This document shows, piece after piece, positions 12,756 through 25,084 of a DNA stretch of 64,000 nucleotides (position 1 is its first letter; each line of letters starts with the position of its first letter). Source of the DNA: Lingula anatina. Its lineage: Eukaryota > Animalia > Brachiopoda. The notes under the pieces were generated by a model. It did not search any database and was not told where the DNA came from. It saw only the letters and a list, made by a program, of their open reading frames with translations. The position numbers and the translations under genes are program-made. The stretch is taken from positions 2,108,001 through 2,172,000 of the forward strand of contig CM120647.1 of NCBI GenBank assembly GCA_051362555.1. Direction: 5' to 3'.

Positions 12756-15700
12756 GGGGAGGAGTAACATTACTCAAGATAGTGCGTATTTTATCTCGTT
12801 GGAGAAGCTGTTATTTTCAGATGTTCTCGTAGATACCCGTGAGATTAACTTCTATAAATAATGTACTTAATTTCAAGAGCTCCGGTCCAGTGACGGAAAG
12901 CATAAAGCTAGTTTTTTGTTTTACCCATTTAGTTTTGAGATATTTCAGATTTCAGGACGAGTGAAAACTGACAATATTTGGACGTTGAATCATGGCAGGT
13001 CTAAGGCACTAGATGTATGAGACAAACGAAGTGTATAAGTAAACACATTGCCTGCCTTTTAACTAGGGCATAAAACTGACCATGTGTGGTTTGATTGACG
13101 TACGGCGCAGGTTTATAGATATGGCTAGTACACAGCAGCAAGAATGTACGTCTTTCCACTGTAGGTAGAGAACTCTACTAGGCAGAGAGGTTTTAATTTT
13201 GCTCCACACTAGGTGTACATTAATATCTTTAACAAACCGTCTATTCCATTATTCGTGTTATAGAAGTGTCTCTTTTGTAACTATGACATAAATGTTATGA
13301 CTTGCAATAACAAGCTATAAAAATAGGCTTTTCTATTGATATGCAACATAAATGTTTCGAAAATATCTCGGTCGTTTAAAAAGATTGACCTCCTGGCCTA
13401 TATACTTAATGAAAACGCTTAGGTCGGAAAGTCTGAAATCTGAATGATTTGAAACGGTCAACTGTCCAGATAGAAGAATGAGGGGAGAATGAAATACTGG
13501 GGATTCATAAAACTGGTGTAGAGCCGCATTTTGCAACTGCAACGCATTTTTCAACCAAAGAAAATCGTGAAAACGAATTTTTCAACCGGAACGCATTTTG
13601 CAACCAGAATTTTTTCTTAGTCAATAAATAGCTAGTGTGAAGTTCTATAGAGGTAGAATTGGAATGGGGACGGGGTTGTCTCGGCTAGGTACGCTTACAT
13701 TGGTCAAGCTTTCCCTGTGGTGGACAATTCATTATATACATACATAATCTATTTCACATTGTTACTTCCTAAACCATCATAGTTAGGAACTTGATACGTC
13801 GGGGATTAATAAACCTATCATTAAAGGAATTTGCAAAGGCTCTTCGGAATTCAATTGTGACTTGGGGTGTGGTCGACCCTGGGGGTGGTCTATTCTAATT
13901 TTTACATCGTATTTTATGCTAGGAACATGAAACATGGCTACATACTATTTTGAATGTGGAATGTCACTTCGGATTTATTTATTTTTTTTGGTGGGGGGGG
14001 GGGGGGCTGGGGGCGGTTGAGTCTAATTGACATTGTGTTTCCTGCTATATTTATCCTTAAGACCAATAAAGCTGGGAACGTAATGCTATGGGGATTGAAA
14101 AATCTGCCTTAGGGGATGTGTATGGGTCCTTCTGGGTTTTTGTGACATTGGGTGTGGCCGTCCCTGGGGAGGTTGATTTTAAATTTTACATCGTTATTCG
14201 TGCTTCTGCCCTTACGCCATTACAGTTGGGAACATGAAACCTTCCGGGCTGATAAGCTTACCATTGAGGATATGCATATAGGTTTCCGGGAATGTTAGTA
14301 TGATATTTCAGGTGTGGCTATCCCGGGGGGTGGTTGATTCTATTTTTCACAACTTTATTTCTGCCATCTATACACTTAAATTTTAAGGAACATGAAACGG
14401 AGATTGATGAACCAGTCATTTTAATGAATGTGCATGGGTCCTTGAGAAATGTAGAGAACAGCAGAAGCACATACAGAACTAAATGGACTTCCAGCCATAT
14501 GCATAAATATAGGTCAGGGAATCCAATTAAAAACTAATTCAAGGCCCCACACACTCGATCAGGAATCCTAGCGTTTAACTGCTGTTGTGTCTTAACACAA
14601 AACAAAAATGTTTATTTCCCAAGAGCAGTAATTAATTAACATGTGTGTTTTATGTTAAAGAACAATGGGACTTGGACCCTACTAGGCTAGGATTCCTGAG
14701 AGTATGGGGTCTTGAATGGGTTTTAATTAACTTGACCTATATTCAAGAATACGACTGAAGGTCTGTCATTTAGTACTGTCTGCTGCTTTCTCTACATTTC
14801 CCCTTCCTTCCTTACTCGAAGACCGCCATCAGATTCACACATACGATGTAGTACTAGCTGGGTCGGTCCATCTCTGCAAGGAATCTTAAGTGCAATCTAT
14901 GGAATCAGCTTCATTGCCTGACAAACCACTAATCACTCCACCCCCTAGGGACGGCCACACCCCAAGTCACACTAATGTAGCCCACCCATGCACCAAAGAC
15001 TCATGTTCTTAATTCGAATGGTCTAGGGGGAGATGAAATAAATTACGGTAATATATATGTGTACCATCCCCAGGGACAGCCACACCCCAGGTCACAAAAA
15101 AATAAATAAATAAATAAATAAATAAACCTGCCTATGCACACCCCGACATTTTAGTTTCCTCAACCTAAAGACCTATGGGTGTATAGAAGAAAATACAATT
15201 GAAAGATAATAATCAACCACCCCTAGGTCACCAAAGTCACCAAAAATCCGAAGGACACGTGCACATCCCTAATGGCAAGTTTAAATATCCCCAACGTCTC
15301 ATGTTCCTCACTTTAATGGATAGAGGATACCAGTAACAACGATATAAAAAATATATACCCCCCCCCCCCAAAGGACTGCAAAGTCCCCCTACTAAAGGTC
15401 TACGGGTAGATAGAAGAAATTACGATGTAAAAATTACAATCAACCACAATAACAATTAACCACAATTCTGAATAAATATCAATCTACAAGCCTGTTGATC
15501 TCGCAGACCAACTACGTTAGGCTGCTAAACAACGAGTAGACCTACCCCCCCCCCCCCCCTCCGAACGCCTTATTAACAGTTTCAAAATGCAGACTGTGTC
15601 GCAGATAATACTTTCGGGTCAAATGAGAGCCAGCCAAGGGCACATTTCGGGGACACCATTGATCACATCATGATGGACATTCACAGGTGTAGGACCAGAA

Positions 15701-16278
15701 CAGAGCATCTCGGAAACCAAGGGACAGACGTAAATCATTACACTTGCGCGTGTCTTTCCTCATGGAAAAATTAGTCTTATAATCCAGTAACCTACGCGTA
15801 AATTATGTTTTCATAGCCTGGTTTACCTGATCTATTAGTTTTATGCATCAAGCGTATCAGGGAAGGGAGGGCCCAGGGGGTCTGGACCCCCTTTTCTTCA
15901 ACGCTGACCATAATGTCCCATAATGTACTGATTTTTAGAAATACTGAATCCTCACCTACATACGCCTGTGTATTATAAAATTACTCAAAACATGCATTCA
16001 ATACCACTAAAGAAACCCTTTTCAGTCATACAAGTGAATTAAAACGTACAGTTTACCTATTTTGGATAATATTTACAGTACAAAAACAATATATTTCAAA
16101 AACGTTCTCTCTCATAGCGTTGGGCCAACAACAGGTACTATTTCACCATTATCCCATGAAGTCGCAGGCAATATCTTATGTGGAGATGAAGTCGCAAAAT
16201 ATCCTATGAAGTCGATTTGACAGTAAAATCAGAGCATTTATCCTATGAAGTGGTAATATACCACGAAGTATCTTAACA
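12478..16278. mobile_element. 3.8-kb TIR element, TGT...ACA ends, 6-bp TSD, superfamily unassigned
   Basis: 41-bp TIRs, 40/41 identical (TGTTAAGATACTTCRTGGTATATTACCACTTCATAGGATAA); TSD TGCGTC at 12472-12477 and 16279-16284; the empty-site sequence is seen in the family C copy near 60250. Confidence 0.85.
14444..14802. mobile_element. Fold-back MITE nested in the 3.8-kb element
   Basis: GAAATGTAGAGAACAGCAG ... CTGCTTTCTCTACATTTC, with further inverted blocks (AATATAGGTCA/TGACCTATATT, CAGGAATCCTAGC/GCTAGGATTCCTG). Confidence 0.7.
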
Positions 16279-16317
16279 TGCGTCAGTACGCGTTAGGCGA
16301 TTTGCCTAATCGTCTAA

Positions 16318-16532
16318 GACCCCATTTCCAGAGATTAGATCGATCTACTTTAGATCGACCTAACTCCCTGGGGGTTCACGCTAAATAGCTGTCAGCCGAG
16401 CGGACACGAAAGTTAATTACCCCTTTACAGCTTGTAGTAGGCGGGACGGACATTTAAGCCGGATTATCTGACAGTTATCTAGTGAGACTCTCCGCGGGGA
16501 TAGATCGATCTAAAAGCTCTGGGAATACAGCC
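16318..16532. mobile_element. MITE family A, TAA TSD
   Basis: TAA on both flanks; near reverse complement of 56972-57186. Confidence 0.85.
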
Positions 16533-18378
16533 TAAGGCTCGTGGCTGACTAAAGGGGTTTTAGTGTCTTTTAGCTCGATTTTCGACCTAATATCTCATCC
16601 CACGAGCTAAAATGTATATCTAATCACCACCTTGACAGATAATTCTTCTCGCTATGGCTACTTGTGTCACTTGGTTAAGTCATTTGGGTTGATCGTTCCT
16701 GAAGGCTCATTTCTAATGAAACTATCGTTGTGCGTACATGTAGATCGATTCAACTCCGCGGGGACTCTTGCTGAATGCAATCAGATTAACAGGCTAACAC
16801 GCTTCCCCCTGGCGTTGGAAACAAGAGATACTTTAACTGAGAATGAGCCCAAATCGTTTAGTTGTTTTTTTAGTTAAGAAGGGCATCCTGAGCTCAATTA
16901 ATTTAATTTTTATGAAACTCAGCCCAGACTACCAGCTTTGTGCTAGTGTGAATTCGTGTGTGCTGAGTGCCCCAAGTTATAGCCATTCTGTTTCACAAAT
17001 GAATTACAGCTCGAAAATTCATCGGAATATTTAGACCATTATTTTAGTTAACTTTGACCCAAGGTAAAAGTTTATTACAAAGAAACAATGGCTAAAATTA
17101 ACCTCATTTACATTGGACGGCGTCCTTGCTGCGTCCTTTGCGCGACCATGAAACTGGCATCGCTGTGGTCGTAGAAAGGAGGCACAAGCATCGCTTCGGT
17201 TGCAGAATGAATGCTCAATGATCGGCCAGTTGTCGGCACGTAAAGTATTATGTTTTCACTCTAAAACGGGGCCGTGATACGATACATGTACCTTCTTTTT
17301 AAGTGGACAATTACTTACGAATTTATTATGGACTAAAGAAGACTAAAAGTCAGGCTTAAAAGTTGAGGTATGGGCTAAACACCCTTTTGTGCCACCGAAC
17401 CATGATGTTAGTTTAGTCGACTTCATGTATAGTTGTCGGTTAGTTAGCTAAACTAAAGACGTGGTCACACCGAACACAAATAAGTGAGTAAATGTAGGTA
17501 CGGTAACGTATTTAATGGGGGGGGGGGGGTCCTGAACCTACCCCCTTCGGTTTTTAGGGGGAAAAAACACACTAAAAACGTCTTTCCGCTGACCTATCGA
17601 TTCCTCTGAACTCATCAATTTTAATTTTTTTTAAACAAATAATTCTGATGTTTTTAGCCAGATGTTGTGCTTGAATCTTGTAATTTTGTCATACTTTTAG
17701 ACATACTTTTGTCAGACATTTAGGGATACTTCATACCAAAAACGTACATCAAAGCCCTATCAAAGATCTATAACATTATCATTACGTGTTTTGGTTATAT
17801 AAACGTTATAATGATAACGCTATATTAATTTTCTTTGTTTACTGTGCACGACGTACCCGGTATGTCTAACGAACCGCCTGCGTATATCTGCGTATGTGTA
17901 GAATTTCTTATACGTGCTATACGCTACATATATATAGTGGGACAGGACCTTTAAACAGAACATGTTTGGCTTACTGGCGTATTTTAAAGCTTTATGAATG
18001 TAATTTGTGCACTTTGTGTACAGAGTCAGCGCAAGGTAGCGGGTTCATTCGTTTTATATTCGTCCAAGTTGTATACTACGTGTATATTATTGAAGGGTTT
18101 CAAGTTCCAACACTGAAATAACAAAGCTCAAAGTGTACGCATTTTATACTGATGTTAGACTACGCATATCATTTTACCGTGACAACGTGGCCCGGATGCC
18201 GTCTGTGAGTTGGCTGGGTATGGTTGGGGGGCGGGGGGGGGGGGGGGGGGAGGGGGGGGAAGTTGTCGTTTGGGAAGCGAGGAGATATAGAGCGATCCTG
18301 TATTCTAAAGTGCTAGTGTTCCTAGCCAGACCTACCAGACTCGGCACCGAATGATTCCGAATTCACCGCCGGGTCTTC

Positions 18379-18539
18379 TGGCCCTGGTTTCACAAAAAAA
18401 CTTAAGTCAGGTTCCCTTTAATTACCAAGGTTACATGGTCACATGGATACATCTTACCCTATCAGGAGCAGTGTAACAGCACTCTCATGGAAATCCTAGT
18501 CAACTAAGCCAGGAAACTGACTTTTGTGAGACTGGGGCC
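18379..18539. mobile_element. Short Harbinger-like MITE
   Basis: GGCCCTGGTTTCACAAAA ... TTTTGTGAGACTGGGGCC inverted ends; lies next to a family C fragment (18322-18370). Confidence 0.5.
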
Positions 18540-19339
18540 TGGACATCAGAGTGAGGGATGGTAAGAATCTCGGCTTCACTTTGGGTCACCAACACGATAT
18601 CAACGTCCAAAACCAAGTGATGACGATCTCATTACGTAAGTGACACAGTGGCACTAGTGTTTATTTCTCATTTATACACACTGTGACGTAAATACAAAAA
18701 GATGCCGTTTAAGTTTGATATGCAGTGTCTTGTAGATGCCAAATGTGTCTTGAATATGCTTGTATATGTAGAACAACTCGAGTGTCCTGTCATGACATTC
18801 CCCTATGGAGACAATGAATTTATGGTCAAGTAATCGCGAAATCGTTAAATGGAAATAAATGAACAATAGTTATTGCACTTTTCATTTTAAAAAATCAAAC
18901 TCTATCCTTTAAAATGATAGATATTCAAAACAATCTTAGGTGATGAATCACAATATATATTAATTCTTGAATAAGTGGTTTAGGTAAGCTGTCGGTTTTG
19001 CTTTAGACTAGCAGATATAATCTATGTTTATTGGAACCATCCGTATTACATAAATGATCGTAGTGAGCAGCAAAAGGAATGTTTCTAAGACTACTGGCCC
19101 CGAAGCTCTGAACAGGATGGCCAGTTACGTGTGCCCTCTTGAACGTCACCGCTGTGAAGAATCCGTAGGTTATTAAGATTACGCAGTTATTGTACACCAA
19201 TCCTAAGGGTCTTTTCCACCGTGTGTGGTATACGGGACGGGGGAACCGTGAAACTTTTGCCATCTAAAGGGATTCCATTTGGGCCTAAAGAATCACAAAT
19301 GAACAGCGTGACTAGAGGTTTACCCAACAAATGCGGCGA

Positions 19340-19731
19340 TCACAAGTTGTTTGACGTCTGTGATGCCGAGCTAAAGGTGGACACCTTTCTCACATTTAGA
19401 GTTTGCTGGGTCATCGACTTCACCATTTTCCTCGTGGACGGAGGCTTGTAGCAATAATGAGCGAGGAAGAAGAACAGGGCAGTCAAACACTTGACGCCGA
19501 GGCCGAGGAAGAAGAAGTTCCTCCCCATCAAGGCGCTGTCGTAAATCCAACACGAGCCGTTCTCCGTGCAGTTCTGCTGCCAGAGCTGACACGTACCGTC
19601 AATGATGGCGCCAAACAGGATTGGACCCGGTACCGTGCCTGCAATGTCAAGGTCACATAGTCAGCCTATACATACACACACACACACACACACACAGTAC
19701 CGTGCCTGCAATGTCAAGTTAACATGGGCAG

Positions 19732-19787
<56 letters not shown>

Positions 19788-22700
19788 TATACATAGAACA
19801 TTGTTTGAACATGTTTGTATGTACTGGTATGTACGTAGATATGCATACATACATTTTACACTAGATTATCTTTTGTATCATTTGCTAAAAACAAAGGCAA
19901 CCAAGCCTAAAGTTATATCTTTATACATGTATATGGTGGACGGCTATATTCTAATACAAAATAACAACTAGTACTGAGAATACAATAATTACGGTCGCAT
20001 TTGAAGTATATTATGTGAGATGTGCTACTTTGAGATGCGACAACTTCGTGGTAACTGACAATAATGTGGCTCTCTCCGAATAACAAAAAAAAACGCAAAA
20101 TTCTCTCGAAGAATGAACGAATTTTTATGTTAATTTTAAAAATTGTTACCTAAGAATCTGATGAAAACCCACTGCAATCCAAGACCAAAGGCTCTCTGTC
20201 CGTCAGGAATACACCTGGTAAATATAATATAATATAATATAATATAATATAATATAATATAATATAATATAATATAATATAATATATAGCACCGGTATGA
20301 TATGAGCTGTAACAGTACCGCCATCTATTGCGCGTTTCACCAGGAATACAACTGGTAGAGATATGTGAGGTCACCAGAAAATACATGTATAATCTCATAA
20401 TATCGTCGGCATTGTGACGTCATCTGTTATATTTCGACCATAGAGAGGTTTGAATCTTTCATTTTTTTTTTTTTTTTTTTTTTTTTAGCTTCCAAAGATG
20501 TAAACAAATTGAATGACACATGATTTCGATGTTACTCATCTGGTTATTTGTACAAGCACGAAAAGTTACTTTCATAATGTATTTAATGTGTTTGTTGTCA
20601 TGTTTATATGAACCAAAAAAGACAAACAATAAATGTACGTTATCTAAATTCTTGTTTACTGCACATTTTTCTACTGTCTCATAGAATTTGGTTTTCGTAA
20701 ATTTACCTATGTTACAAGATACGATAAGGCCCATCCCACCCAAAGCATTCCTCTAAGACTAAAACCCTAATGACCGCTTGATTGCAATCATCCACACCGT
20801 ACCTGAGAGTAACAGAGGTGGCCGGGGTAGCCGACATGAACGTAAATAGTATCAGCACCAAAGCAATGGGTAAGAACAGGTACAGCGTCCAACACTCGGC
20901 GGTACAGCGTCCTGTCTTGATGCTGGCCGCAGCCGAGACGTTTGACCCCAGCTCCTCGGCGATACAGCTACAGTCTGTGTACACCTGAAAAATGTGGAGA
21001 AAATGTGACCGTGGACACACCTCACGTATGGGGTATAGTCAGGGTATACTGTATGCTTCTTATGGGAATAATCCAGTGGTTCAGCTTTTTTTCTAATATA
21101 GCATTATCTTTTGAACACGAAACATGTCTTTTAAAGCGGAATTCCAGGATTGAACCGTTTTACAACCACTATAGCTGGTATAAAGTGTAAATGAATTAAT
21201 GTGGAAATTTGACCAAAGTTTCGGACTGTCAAAGTGTGCCAATATTATTAGAAACGTATTCTAGCCGGATGCAGAAAAGAAAATAAAACATTTTTATTTA
21301 TTCCCCGATTTTCATTTCCTGGTTCCTTCCGCAACGCATAAAAACTATTTGCAGTTTTCAGAAAAACATGTCATCAACATCATACGTCAGTGTAAAAACT
21401 CTCTCGGGACAAGTTTGTACAATTTTCAGTAATGAGCATCGGTTTCAATACTTTGAAATACATTTCTAGTTATAATCTAAGATCTAATAAACAGATCTTA
21501 GTTATAACCAATGTGTTACCTTTGATCCGTTGACCAGCGCAGACGACAGACAGCCGGCGTGACAGGGGGTGAAGTACTCCTGGCCATTCAGACAGATCGG
21601 TTCAAAGCTGGAGGTGGTGCACCCGCACCCGGCGTTACACTCTGCTGTGATGTTGTTAACTTGGACGGTGGTGCTGTAATGTTATACAGACAACATTCAA
21701 ACAAACAGAATAAAAAACAAAACAGAAAATAAACTATTGAAACTGGACCTGGAAGGATACAAAAATGGCGCTGACATCACAGGTGTAGAGGTGGAACCGG
21801 TGTGACAGGAATGGTATTCCTAGGAATGGAAGTCCGGGCTCCCATATATTTATATAATTAATTAGTACAGGTTTAGGTTAGTCGGAGTATTGAGGTTATT
21901 ACATGGGACGAGTGCCACCTGTACAAAGTAACAGGGAACCGAGTTGTTAACAGCGGATTTCCATTCCCGTTACACCCGACCCCGTTTCACATAAGACGTC
22001 GAATGCACAACGGAGTTAAGATTTTACACCAAAATTATTTAGCCGACTTTGATCTAGCAGAAGACTTGGGCCACGCTCTTTGTATAAAGTACTATCAAAC
22101 GGATAATTTACAAAATGCCATATTAGCTTTATGGTTAAAACAAGATATTTATTTTTTTTACATAGGTGTCATTGAGCAAAACAAGGATCGGAGTGTGGGA
22201 GATTTTTGAAAAAAATCATGTATGGCGTGATCCTTATAAAAGTGTCAACCTTTTCGAATTCCTTTTTTTTTTTCAGTCCAACAGTATTCTCTCACATTTC
22301 TTTTGGGTGGAGTCTAAATGAGTGCCTCAGGCAATACTGGTACAAAAAGATGTATACAGCAGGCCTTAAATAACTCCCCAAACATTGTCCAAAGTCTACG
22401 ACCCTGCACACAGTACCTGTTTGGGTAAGGTATGTCAACTCCGAATACGGACGGCGTTTCACAACTGATCCAAAACGAGGCAGCCAGCAGTGCTGCCATG
22501 ACGCAGGCTGTCATACTGAGCTTTAACATTCCTTTCACTTTCAGTTTCAATTTGCTGGAGATAATGCCGCCAAGCAGCTGACCACCTGCCGCCCCGGGAA
22601 CGGCCACGAACCCTGGAATAGGTCAAGGTCAGAATAAGCAAACTTGTGTGCACGCTTCTTCACTATGTAAAATCTTCAAATAATGAATAAGGTTTTGAAA

Positions 22701-25051
22701 CAGCAACAATCCCTTCTATGCTTTTCATTTAAGTTGAATATATCTCATGCAAATATTACAGTTGTCAACTTTCTCTTCCTAGGTTCGTAAAATCGTTGGT
22801 ATTCCGCACAAACGACTGCAGAATGTGATGACCAAGGTTACCCCGGCCACCTCCCTGGGGATAACACTGACAGGTAATTAAAGCTTTATTTAACCCTAAT
22901 CTAAGACACTTCTCCCCACCTGTCAACATGGCCGCCCAGCTGGCCGTCAGTCCAAACTGGTTTTGTAAGAGTTTGGGGAGAAATGTAGCGAAGCCACTGG
23001 TGACTAGCCCTTCAGTGCAGCCAGCCAGCGTCACGAACACGAACGTTGGGTTCTTCAGAAGAACCTGAAATATTTCACTTCAAATGATTAAATTTTTTCC
23101 ATGCTTTGTGTTGCGTTATACGACAGATATTTGGATCGATCAATGATAACAGAGAGCTGATCTGATGATTTAAACTTTCTGGTTTTGTTATTAAGCCGTC
23201 ATGTAAGGGTGTATCTAAACTACGCTTGGGCGAGTCTCATGAAATGTACAATATCAACCCATATTATAGGGTTGAGGTGATTTCAATGCAAAATAGAAGC
23301 ACAAAACAATATACTTATTAATCAGATGAAATTAAGTCACATACACTGTGACGTCAAATGAATCTATCTACATACTTTCACAGACTTTTGCATTAAAATA
23401 TTCGGAGTCCAAAGCTGAATATCACAAAATCAAACAAGTTGAAATTTGCACATAAAAGATGACAAAAAGCCACATGTCCACACATGTCTACAACACATTT
23501 CTTCCCTCAGAAGACGTACCTTTGCCGCGGTTGGCATGTCCCTGATTGACTTTCCAAATCCAGGTCGGTTGACTTCGTCTTCGCCGCCATCTTGGTGGGC
23601 CTGGGACTCTCTGGTTAATCGCACCTCCTTGGCGGCTGGAAGTATCAATCACTTCACTGATCACTCCAGAAACTCAGCTGAATGACTTCAGTGCGCTTTA
23701 CTCGGGATTGACAAGAGCACACAATGTACTGGTTAGGAGAAATTCCCAAATCTAAATTTTTAGGCTAGGCGCATAGTTAGGTGTTTAGTGACGTCATAAT
23801 ACTTAGTACACTAGTGTCGTCAGACGCGTTTCATAAAATAGAAGACCAGTATATAAAGGGTGACGTATTTTAGACTGGGTTCCCATGCCTAGATCGATCC
23901 ATCTGGATCGGTCTAAATCCCTGGGGAGTCTCACTAAATTGCTATCAACTAACCGGCTGAAATGTCTGTCAGGCCTACCGAATCAGCTAGGGGGTAAAAT
24001 AATTACCCTCAAGCAGCTATACTAAGCGTGACAGACATTTAAGACGGTTACGTTGATAGCAATTTAGTGAGACTCCCCAGAGAGATGGATCGATCCAAAT
24101 ATCTGTCTGAATGGTCCCTTAATCTACCCTACTGTCATTCAATCAGGAGAACGGGGCGTATCCCCCGTGAACCCCTGACTTACTGGGGAGCTCCCTGGGG
24201 TAAGCACACAGAGCCACGGTCACCGTCCACGCTAAGAAACCAGCCATCACAAACCCCAGCCACCATGCTCCAACCCAGCGAGGATCTTGTGGGGTTATGT
24301 TGACACTGAAACGAACACGTGCACGCACGCACGCACGCAAATACACTGAATTAGTATGAGATGGACAGAAAAACATATGATCGATCAATAAATTTAAGTT
24401 TCATTTAACGTTTCTTTTATGTCATCAGTGATTGAATCAAAAATTATATTCGATAAATTAGATCAAAAAATTTAAATTCTGCAAATAGAGAGATAGCCAA
24501 ATGCCAATTTAAAATGTTTGAATCCTATTATTATCTCCTAGAGTTCTGTACATGTATCAAGGATTACTTAGTATCGTTATCAATAGAGTACTTATATTTC
24601 TCTCTGTCGTATATACATTATTTTTGAAATTATAAATACAAACAAAACTGATATATTAAACTCACTTTTCTACATTAACATTTTCAAAGTCGACGTAGAT
24701 ATTAAGGAACTGGCCTCCGACTATGTATCCAATTGCTGGCCCCAAAGCGGAGAACGCGTACAGAATGCCTGGATATGGGAGAATAGCGAGATAAACATTT
24801 TGGTATATTCAAATTGCAATTTGATGTTATACTATATTATTCTTTTAAAAATTAATAATAATAATAATAATAATGTGAATTTGTTCTAGCACAATTATTT
24901 TACCATAGGACATCAAATCACACGTCACATAAATATGAACTTAAGCTCGTATAAGCAATAATTACCTGCTAATCTATAATAAGGGCTTAACAACCTACAT
25001 ACCCATCTAATATGTAGTAGAGTGAGTGTAAAGCTACAAATCTCTCCCTCC

Positions 25052-25084
<33 letters not shown>

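Noticed and set aside
19602-20398. ORFs with HTHT, CVCV or YYIIL repeats
   Set aside because: Microsatellite translations; only the 65-nt SLCO exon 12 and the start of exon 13 within them are coding.
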